Part shown: one piece after another, positions 1 through 6,852 of the stretch
Layout: every line of letters starts with the position of its first letter
Numbering within the stretch: the first letter of the stretch is position 1
Assembly (NCBI GenBank): GCA_038208905.1
Contig: JBBQYG010000114.1
Coordinates: forward strand, 1 to 13,187
Direction of reading: 5' to 3'
Origin: Candidatus Sumerlaeia bacterium
GTDB lineage: Bacteria; Sumerlaeota; Sumerlaeia; SLMS01
DNA length: 13,187 nucleotides
Notes under the pieces: model-generated
Database searches by the model: none
The model's input: only the letters and a program-made list of their open reading frames with translations
Told to the model about the DNA's origin: nothing
Translations under genes and position numbers: made by a program

Positions 1-189
1 GGCTGCTGCGGTGCGGCCATGGAGGACGCGGGGACCGATTCCATCGGGGAACCTTCACTTTTGGGTAGGTTCCTCTCCCTATTGCCCAATCGTCAATGCT
101 TGTCGCCACTCGTTTTCACTTGCCATTCTTCCTGTTTCGCATGAAGCAAGGGGGCAGAAGGATATCCGTCCCCCACCACGGAGCGAGCG

Positions 190-738
190 ATGGCCACCCC
201 AGCCCACGTCATGATCGCGATCAGCGGCGTTTTCCTCGTCGCTTGGTACGGCACCAAGCGGTTCGACCGGCGGCGCGGGGCAATGCCCCACCTCGGCATG
301 GAGGATCCCCTCTCCGACGGATACTGCCACGCTGCCACCGCCGCTCTGGGCGCGGAACTGCGTGAAGATCCGGTCCATGAATTCCCCGGAGGCACAGCAC
401 TCTGTCGCGATTGCGGGATTGCTTACCCGGCGGGTGTGCTCTACTGCGAATGTGGCGGAGAGACCGCCGAGCAGGAAGACCCCGATGAGCCCCTTGCTGG
501 CGACGAGACCATCACCGCGCCACCGGCCGAACTGGTCTGCGTCCACGTGGCCGACAGCGCGTGGAAGGCCACCCTTCTCAAGACCCTCCTCGCCACCCAC
601 GACATCCCCTGCGCCACCGGCGGGAATGCGGGATCGGGGCCCTACCAGTTCTCCTACGGCCCCCTCGCCGAAGTCCGCATCCTCGTCCACCTTCAACACG
701 AGCGGGAAGCGCGTGCGCTGATCGGGCGATGCGTGTGA
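190..738 (+). CDS. Membrane-anchored protein with zinc ribbon and C-terminal DUF2007-like (putative signal-transducing, PII-like) domain, 182 aa
   Basis: GGAG at 180-183, 6 nt before ATG 190. N-terminal hydrophobic segment VMIAISGVFLVAWYG followed by basic KRFDRRR. C72xxC75...C86xC88 (CRDC-x10-CEC). The C-terminus LVCVHVADSAWKATLLKTLLATHDIPC...GPLAEVRILVHLQHEREARALI follows the DUF2007 pattern. Confidence 0.7.
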   Translation: MATPAHVMIAISGVFLVAWYGTKRFDRRRGAMPHLGMEDPLSDGYCHAATAALGAELREDPVHEFPGGTALCRDCGIAYPAGVLYCECGGETAEQEDPDEPLAGDETITAPPAELVCVHVADSAWKATLLKTLLATHDIPCATGGNAGSGPYQFSYGPLAEVRILVHLQHEREARALIGRCV

Positions 739-904
739 AACTGGAAGTCCCTCGATTCCGTAGGGCCACGCCACAGTAGCACGGGTATGCTGCCGGTTCG
801 CGACCAGCTATCGGATTCCACGATGGCTTGCGGCCCCTCCGGCATGGGCGTGACCCATCATGCTATGGGGCTGTTCGCATCCTCGCTCCTCGATTGCGTA
901 TTGC

Positions 905-954
905 CCCCGGTCAATATCACCGTTGTCCTTACCCGAATCCTTTTTTGACCGGGG
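905..954. repeat. Perfect 10-bp inverted repeat with 30-nt spacer upstream of the radical SAM-like gene
   Basis: CCCCGGTCAA (905-914) is the reverse complement of TTGACCGGGG (945-954). Confidence 0.75.
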
Positions 955-986
955 CCTAATCCCAGCGATCCGCGGATAGCCATCCC

Positions 987-2867
987 ATGAGCGTTAACGC
1001 CGCCGTCGTCCTGTTGCAGGAGTCCCCCGAAATCGATCCGCGCGAGTGGATCGAGGCCGGGCAGGCGCTCGCCTTCCTCAAGGAGGCGGGACTCAAGGCA
1101 TCGGGCCACCTCGTGCGGACGGCGCGCCAGCGCGACCAGCTCGCGGCCCAGCTCCGGCACGATTCGCCCCGGGTGATCTGCGTCGCCGTGGGGCGGCACC
1201 AGGCCGCGAGCGCGTCGGCGTTCCTCAACGCGATGCGCGGGCTTCCCGCCACGAACTACGTGGTGATCGCCGGGAGCTATGGCACCCTCCTCAGCCACGA
1301 GTTCACGCCCCACGACGCCGTTCAGGCCGTGCTCCTTGGCGAGTGGGTCGAGGCGCTGGCGGAATTCACGCTCTCCGTGGTGAAGCAGGGCGAGCCAGGC
1401 GCCGTGACCGGCGCGTATATGCGCGGCTATCGCGGCTGGTTCATGGGCGACCGCCGCACCCACAATCCCGATCTGGGGAAATGGCCGGAGCCCCTGCTCG
1501 ACAACCTACGGCCACTTGACTTGATCCGCCTGCGTGGCGGCGTGATGCCGATCCTCGCAAGCCGTGGCTTCCCTTTCCAGACGCTCTTCTCTCCGGAGCC
1601 AATACTCCGCGAATTGCAGCAAAGCGACTTCTATTATCATGTCCGCCCACCCGCGGGCATCGTGGAGGAGGCCCAGCACCGCGTGAGCGAGTTCGGCGTC
1701 GTCTCTTTCGACTTCGTCGATTCGATCTTTCCGTGGCCCGACACGTGGACGCAGGAATTTGCGGACCTGTGGCGGACGAAGGTCGGCCTTCCCTTCTCCA
1801 TCCGCAGCGCCGCGGAATACGTCACGCCGGAACGCGTCTCGCTTCTCCGCGCGGCTGGTCTGGCGCGCGTCGAGTTCCGCCTCGAGGGCGGCAGCGAGAA
1901 AGTCCGCCAACGCCACAGTGATCTGAATCAGACCAACGCGCGCGTGGTCGAGGCGATCCGCCTTCTCCGCAGCAAAGGCATTGAGACCTCCCTCAAGCTC
2001 TTGATTTCGCTTCCGCTGGAGACGCCGGAGCAACTCCGGCAAAGCATCGAGCTGGCCCGCCTCGCCGAAGCCAGTGCAACGGACGGACTCATTCATCACC
2101 CATGGCCAGAGAGCCCGTATTGGGAGGAGACGCTCCGCGCGATGGCGGGGGAGGACGTCGTGACACGGCGTTCCACGACGCCTACTCCGACGCCGCCGAG
2201 TCACTCGTCCGCGGACGCTCCGCGCATCACGCAGGACGCTCTCGCGGCTCAACGCAGTATTCTGGCGATCGACTCGCTCAACAGATCCAAGCGCGTCCCA
2301 AAGTTCCCCGGCGCATCGCTCGATGGATTGGCGGAGTTCCCCGCCTCCACGCTGCGCTCGCCCCTCGAGGGCGCGGCGCGCATCGACCGATTTCACGCGC
2401 CCTCGGGCAGCCACGACGTCATCGCTCTCCGCGTGCCGTCGGAGCTCTGTTGGGAGATCCAGTTCCCCGATGACCCTGCCATCGAATTCGGCATACTGCT
2501 GAAGGCGGCGCTCCCCGGCGAGCGGACGCGCCTTCCCGTTTCCTTCTCGATCCGCGCGTCGCAGAACAGGCGTAGCTTCCGAGTCTTCCAGAAGATCCTC
2601 ACCCAGGCGCTCGATCCCGACAGCCGCCGATGGCACTGGTTCCGCATTCCACTTAGCGGCGTTCGCGCGGGAACAGGGACCCTGATCATCGAGAACCTCG
2701 TGATTGGGGAGAAAGCCGGCGACGTGCCCGCCGATGGCGAATTGTGGGCGGGCTGGAGCCACGTCGTCGTAGCCACCATGGATCAACTCCAAGCCGCCGC
2801 AAAGGAGCGCGCCGACAAGCGATTCGAGCATCCCGCCGGCCACGGCGAAGGCGTCCTGGGAGAGTAG
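987..2867 (+). CDS. Cobalamin-binding-domain radical SAM family homologue lacking the CxxxCxxC motif, with C-terminal beta-sandwich domain, 626 aa
   Basis: Colinear motifs of B12-binding radical SAM proteins: ALAFLKEAG, PRVICV, VVIAGSYGT (GGxHxT position), AVLLGEW (GEGE position), DLGKWPEP (DLDxLPxP), ILASRGFPFQTLFS (SRGCPxxCxFC position), RPPAGIVEE, FDFVDSIF, LLRAAGLARVEFRLEGGSEKVR, ISLPLETPEQLRQSIELAR. The ORF is uninterrupted with GC-rich codon usage. Confidence 0.85.
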   Translation: MSVNAAVVLLQESPEIDPREWIEAGQALAFLKEAGLKASGHLVRTARQRDQLAAQLRHDSPRVICVAVGRHQAASASAFLNAMRGLPATNYVVIAGSYGTLLSHEFTPHDAVQAVLLGEWVEALAEFTLSVVKQGEPGAVTGAYMRGYRGWFMGDRRTHNPDLGKWPEPLLDNLRPLDLIRLRGGVMPILASRGFPFQTLFSPEPILRELQQSDFYYHVRPPAGIVEEAQHRVSEFGVVSFDFVDSIFPWPDTWTQEFADLWRTKVGLPFSIRSAAEYVTPERVSLLRAAGLARVEFRLEGGSEKVRQRHSDLNQTNARVVEAIRLLRSKGIETSLKLLISLPLETPEQLRQSIELARLAEASATDGLIHHPWPESPYWEETLRAMAGEDVVTRRSTTPTPTPPSHSSADAPRITQDALAAQRSILAIDSLNRSKRVPKFPGASLDGLAEFPASTLRSPLEGAARIDRFHAPSGSHDVIALRVPSELCWEIQFPDDPAIEFGILLKAALPGERTRLPVSFSIRASQNRRSFRVFQKILTQALDPDSRRWHWFRIPLSGVRAGTGTLIIENLVIGEKAGDVPADGELWAGWSHVVVATMDQLQAAAKERADKRFEHPAGHGEGVLGE

Positions 2868-2895
2868 GGCACGCTGGGAACGGAAGGGAGAAATA

Positions 2896-2925
2896 GAAGT
2901 GCCCCCGCGCGGGCGGGGGCCCTTC
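2896..2925 (-). terminator. Putative intrinsic terminator between convergent genes (possibly bidirectional)
   Basis: Stem GCCCCCGC (2901-2908)/GCGGGGGC (2913-2920) with a 4-nt loop, extended past one mismatch by GAAG/CTTC. On the minus strand the core stem is followed by ACUUCUAUUUCU. It lies between stops at 2867 (+) and 2954 (-). Confidence 0.65.
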
Positions 2926-2953
2926 GCGTTGTCGGTGCTGGTTGATACTGCGA

Positions 2954-5900
2954 TCAGGGCGGAGTCTGGAAGGACTCCACGACGAGGCTTCTCAGCGTGA
3001 GAGTCAGCGAGCCGTCGTTGGTGGACGGCGGGAGCAGGTAGTCGAAGGAGAAGATCAGCGGCGACTGCTCGATCTCCGTGCGGCCCTCGAAGAACAGGTT
3101 ATACGCGGAGGGCTGGATTGACGTCGGCAAAATCGTCGATGGACCCGTGGATTCGATGTTCATGTAGGCGCTATAGTTCAGGGAACCATCGTTCATTCGC
3201 AGGCGGAACGCGGGCAGGAGCGAAGCCGTCTGATTCGACGCCGACGAACCAACGGTGAAAGTGGCGCGGTACAGGCGATCGCTCGCCAGCTTCACGGCAC
3301 CATCAACCACCCCGGAGTCCTGAAAGTTGTCGGGCGAGTGCCAGAATCCGAAGTAGGTCGAAGAGCCACTCGGGCTCGCCGGGCCAACGCGGAGGCCCCC
3401 CGCGGTGAGCGCGGACTGCGGAGCGAGGAAGGGTGATCCCACCCCGGCGAATGCCCAGCCCTGCTGGTTTCCGCCAAAGGTCAGCACCTTCTCCGTGCGC
3501 AGGCCGGTCAGGCTGGACTGAGCGATCGCATCAACCGTCACGCGGTCCAGCGAGAGCGTCGCGATCGCCCGATCCGTCGGGTCGAAGTTCAGCAACTCGA
3601 AGAACAGCTTGAAGCGCGTGCTCGAAATCGGCAGTTGGAAATACGTGCGGTAGTTCTTGTTCGCTTGCAGCGGCGCAACGCCGGGCTCGGTGACGGAGCT
3701 GACCACCACCACGTCGGATTGCTCAAAGGTCTCCGTGGACGCACGGAGCCGAAAGCTCGGGACCGCCGTCGCGAATTCGGGCGTCGTGTCGCTGCTGACC
3801 GTAAAGAGCGCGCGGTACAGCGTTGCGGGCCCGTTCGTGCCGGAGAGCGGGCGATCACCAGACCGCTCCCACGGCCCGGCCACATGGACCGGGGACTCCC
3901 AGAATCCGTAGGTGTTGGTGTTCTCGGTCGAGGTAAGCTGGAGGGCGCCGCCTTCGAAGACATTCACCGGGGGGATGAAGGAATTCGGGAAGGAGCCGAA
4001 ATTCCAGCCTTCGGCGGTCTCGGTGAAGGCGAAGGACTGGCGACTGAGCGGCGCCGGTGTCCCCGTGGGCTCCGGCGTCGGTGTCGGTGTCGGTGTGGTC
4101 GTGGGGGTCTCGATGCCGCCGAGCTGCGCGGCCTCCAGCAACGCGGCATATCCGTCGATCATGCCGAAGCCGGAGACGCCGTCGAACCCGGGGGCCGCGC
4201 GGAAACCAGTCACGTCGATCGCCGTGCGCTTGAGGATGTCGTCGATCTGGGCCGGCGTCAGCTTTGTCTCGTTCCCCGATGTAACGTCCATGATCAGCGC
4301 CGCGATCGCCGCCGCGTTGGGAGCCGCCGCCGATGTGCCAAAGAAGTTGGGAAACTCGTCGGGGACGTTCTCGTATCCCTCGAGGTAACTAGGCAGGCTG
4401 TCTCGACCGAAGAAGGACGTGTTGTTGCCCTGCACCGCGCTCAAATCCGGAAGGTACTTGACCCTGTTCTCGAACTGCCCCGCGCGGTTGAAATAGATCG
4501 AGACGATCCCGCCCAGCGACGAGAAAGCTTCCGGATCGATGTTCTCCGTCGGCTCGAACGCCGGATTGTAGTTTGGCGACTCCCACCAGGGGATCGCGCC
4601 AACCGCTGTCACGCCGATGCCGATCGGATGGCCAAAGATCGCGTTCGATGGCGCCAGCTTTTCGCTGGCGCTGTAAACCTGCGAAAGATCGGTAATGCCC
4701 GAAAAGGGCATTTGAATCACGAATTCGAGGGGAATCGAGGTGTTCTGGGGGATGAATTCCTTGTTGCCAAAGAAGTGATCGATGGCAAGGAAACCACCCG
4801 GGGAAACGATTGCTTCCACCGGATCGCCGTTGGGTCCTGCAAGGCCGCCCTGGGAATCGGTGGACGCCGCGATGATCGTGGAGGTCAGGCTCGCCTCGGA
4901 ATAGACGTACATATCCAGATCGATCTCGGCCCCCTGACTGCCGGGTATCGAATCGCCGGGCTGGTTCCACTTGAGGAAAATCGTAACTCCCGCGGGGATG
5001 GGAAGGAAAGCCGTGCCATTGGGCCAGCGGTGTAGGTCGAAGCCGCGCGTCGGGCGGGACTCCTCGCTGACAAGCGGGGCGATATCCTGGTAACGCTGAC
5101 GGAATGTTGAGGAGCCATCATTTCCTGCGGCCGAGAAGAACGGAATTCCCTTCTTCACTACTTCCTCCGCCGCGATCGTAATCAGATCCGCCTGGTAAAC
5201 TGGCTGGGCTAAATAGCGCACGTCGTCCACAATGATCGTGCAATCGGCGCCGCCTTCCACCGCGCTGGCGCCCAGCAGTCGAATCCCATCGGCAAAAACA
5301 GCCTCCCCGCCAAAGGCGGTGTGAAAGGCCATCTGGATTCCCGGCGCGATGTCATAGATCAATTCGCCCATGCCGGCGCCTTCGTCGGAGGGCGGAGTTG
5401 ACTCCACATTTGCGCCGCGCAAATCGCGGAGGAGCTGGACTTCTCTGGGAAGGTCGCCGCTGTCCTGATTTCGCGCATTGCGCAGAATCCCGGCGGTCAC
5501 GCCGAGCCGTGGAGTTGTCAGCGTCGAGCGCACTTCCTCGGTGTTCGCGAACGAATCCGACAACACACCAATCTTCTGCGACCGGCCGTCCACCGGGCGA
5601 CCGCCAACCTGCAGAAGCGGGAGCACCCGGTCCAGACCGTGGGCGCGTGGCGCCTCGCTCGGGGCCGGGGCCTTTGCATTCGTATAGGCGGGGGCGGAGG
5701 GCCGCACCCTTCGCACGCCCGGAAGGGCGGCCAGGTCCAGCACCGCATCCAAGTTCTTCAACTCGAAGTAGGCACGGTCCCAATACTCGGAATGATAGGT
5801 CATTTCGAGGTCTTTGGACTTGAGCGCCTTGATGCCCTTGCCCGAAGCGCCCTTCTCGAAGATGACCTCCACGATGGGGCCGTTGGGGCCCCTGTCGATG

Positions 5901-6133
5901 ACGACGGCGGATAGGCTTTCCTCCGTGCTGATTCCCTTGGTCTTCTGGCGTTCCAGGGCTTCCAGCAGATTCAGCGTCACCACCCCACTGGCATCCGCCG
6001 TGGGGAGGTGAGCCGCCTTGGGGCTGACCGCAAACGCGGGCCCGCCAACCATCAGAAGCATTGCCAACCCCAGACCTCCGGCCCCCGAAAGGGCGGTCAG
6101 CCTCGGGCTCGATGGCGAAAAGCGAAAGATCAT
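2954..6133 (-). CDS. Secreted subtilase-clan serine protease (S8/S53-like, Glu in the His position) with Pro/Thr linker and two tandem C-terminal beta-rich domains, ~1059 aa
   Basis: Start moved from 6268 to ATG at 6133: it gives a signal peptide (MIFRF...GLGLAMLLMVGGPAFA|V), has AAAGG upstream and removes the overlap with the UDG gene. Prodomain-like region (LDLAALPGVRRVRP). Motifs: KIGVLSDS (Asp codon 5555-5557), DEGAGMGELIYDIAPG (Glu 5381-5383), IIVDDV, SAAGND (Asn 5120-5122), FFGTSAAAPNAAAIAAL (Ser 4331-4333), LTPAQIDDILKRTA, SGFGMID. Confidence 0.9.
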   Translation of the reverse strand: MIFRFSPSSPRLTALSGAGGLGLAMLLMVGGPAFAVSPKAAHLPTADASGVVTLNLLEALERQKTKGISTEESLSAVVIDRGPNGPIVEVIFEKGASGKGIKALKSKDLEMTYHSEYWDRAYFELKNLDAVLDLAALPGVRRVRPSAPAYTNAKAPAPSEAPRAHGLDRVLPLLQVGGRPVDGRSQKIGVLSDSFANTEEVRSTLTTPRLGVTAGILRNARNQDSGDLPREVQLLRDLRGANVESTPPSDEGAGMGELIYDIAPGIQMAFHTAFGGEAVFADGIRLLGASAVEGGADCTIIVDDVRYLAQPVYQADLITIAAEEVVKKGIPFFSAAGNDGSSTFRQRYQDIAPLVSEESRPTRGFDLHRWPNGTAFLPIPAGVTIFLKWNQPGDSIPGSQGAEIDLDMYVYSEASLTSTIIAASTDSQGGLAGPNGDPVEAIVSPGGFLAIDHFFGNKEFIPQNTSIPLEFVIQMPFSGITDLSQVYSASEKLAPSNAIFGHPIGIGVTAVGAIPWWESPNYNPAFEPTENIDPEAFSSLGGIVSIYFNRAGQFENRVKYLPDLSAVQGNNTSFFGRDSLPSYLEGYENVPDEFPNFFGTSAAAPNAAAIAALIMDVTSGNETKLTPAQIDDILKRTAIDVTGFRAAPGFDGVSGFGMIDGYAALLEAAQLGGIETPTTTPTPTPTPEPTGTPAPLSRQSFAFTETAEGWNFGSFPNSFIPPVNVFEGGALQLTSTENTNTYGFWESPVHVAGPWERSGDRPLSGTNGPATLYRALFTVSSDTTPEFATAVPSFRLRASTETFEQSDVVVVSSVTEPGVAPLQANKNYRTYFQLPISSTRFKLFFELLNFDPTDRAIATLSLDRVTVDAIAQSSLTGLRTEKVLTFGGNQQGWAFAGVGSPFLAPQSALTAGGLRVGPASPSGSSTYFGFWHSPDNFQDSGVVDGAVKLASDRLYRATFTVGSSASNQTASLLPAFRLRMNDGSLNYSAYMNIESTGPSTILPTSIQPSAYNLFFEGRTEIEQSPLIFSFDYLLPPSTNDGSLTLTLRSLVVESFQTPP
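4073..4102 (-). repeat. Short hexamer tandem repeat encoding the Pro-Thr linker of the protease
   Basis: The plus strand reads CGGCGT CGGTGT CGGTGT CGGTGT GGTCGT, within the segment encoding TPTTTPTPTPTPEPTGTP between the catalytic and C-terminal domains. Confidence 0.8.
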
Positions 6134-6254
6134 ATCCTTGGAACCTTTGCGCAAGGGCGACTGGATGGAGTTCGGCCTGTTACCTTTAGCTGACGGTTCT
6201 ATCGGCCCCCGGAGCGATAGGCTCAAGGGGAACTTCCATCGGCCCAACCGGTTT

Positions 6255-6851
6255 TCACGGGCCATCAAGCGCGGCGCGAAAGGCCACCCTCAACTCAGCT
6301 AGGACATCGCGCTCGAACCAGTTGTTCCGCCGGAGCCACAGGTTATTGCGCGGCGACGGGTGGGGGAGCGGAAACGCCCCCGGCGCGAAATCGCGCCATG
6401 CCCGAACAGTCGCGGTGACGCCTCCGCCAGTTGCGGCGGTTCCAAGGTGATGTGCTTGGGCGTACCTCCCAATCAAGATTCGCAGGCAGACTCGCGGAAG
6501 CTGTGAATAGAGGCCGTCGAGCCAGAGCTCCGCGCACTCCTTTCGGGGAGGGAGATCGCCGCTCTTCCCCCGCCCCGGGTAACACAATCCCATCGGGATG
6601 ATGGCAATTTGCGACTCGTCGTAGAACACTTCGCGGTCAATTCCCAACCATTCCCTCAGGCGGTCGCCCGACGGATCGTTCCATGGAATGCCGGTCTTGT
6701 GAACGCGTGTTCCCGGCGCCTGGCCAACGATCAGCACCCGTGCCGTGGCGGAAGCCCTGAGGACTGGTCTCGGGCCCAGAGGAAGCTCCGCCTCGCAGGC
6801 CCGGCACGCGCGGACGCGGGCAAGGAGTTCCTCCAGCGACTCTGCCGACAC
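6255..6851 (-). CDS. Uracil-DNA glycosylase superfamily protein (family 4/5-like, putative [4Fe-4S] ligands), 198 aa
   Basis: Motif A VLIVGQAPG, PWNDPSGDRLREWLG, MGLCYPG, DLPPRKEC, motif B LPHPSPRN. Cys16, Cys19, Cys90 and Cys106 are spaced as in Fe-S-containing UDGs. The GTG start is 1 nt after the upstream TAG. Confidence 0.92.
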   Translation of the reverse strand: MSAESLEELLARVRACRACEAELPLGPRPVLRASATARVLIVGQAPGTRVHKTGIPWNDPSGDRLREWLGIDREVFYDESQIAIIPMGLCYPGRGKSGDLPPRKECAELWLDGLYSQLPRVCLRILIGRYAQAHHLGTAATGGGVTATVRAWRDFAPGAFPLPHPSPRNNLWLRRNNWFERDVLAELRVAFRAALDGP

Positions 6852-6852
6852 G

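Noticed and set aside
1..20. Possible minus-strand gene start (ATG at 20-18, MAAPQQ...) running off the left edge
   Set aside because: Only six codons are visible and there is no clear RBS, so it cannot be supported.
79..774. 231-aa minus-strand ORF
   Set aside because: Antisense shadow of the 190-738 gene, which has an RBS and recognisable motifs.
739..986. Cobalamin riboswitch upstream of the B12-binding-domain gene (GCCACAG and small hairpins)
   Set aside because: The core GGGAA...GCCACUG...GGGAAG and AGxxAGxAGACC elements are not present in order.
987..2867. Calling the radical SAM-like gene a pseudogene or an active methyltransferase
   Set aside because: There is no frameshift or internal stop, so pseudogene is unsupported; there are no cluster cysteines, so an active radical SAM call is unsupported.
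6174..6200. Minus-strand GAACCGTCAGCTAA resembling the 3' motif of the c-di-AMP (ydaO) riboswitch
   Set aside because: The 5' half of the aptamer is missing and only about 55 nt separate it from the UDG stop. An Rfam search would settle it.
6134..6268. 45-aa N-terminal extension of the protease in the ORF track
   Set aside because: It overlaps the UDG 3' end and buries the signal peptide; ATG 6133 fits better.
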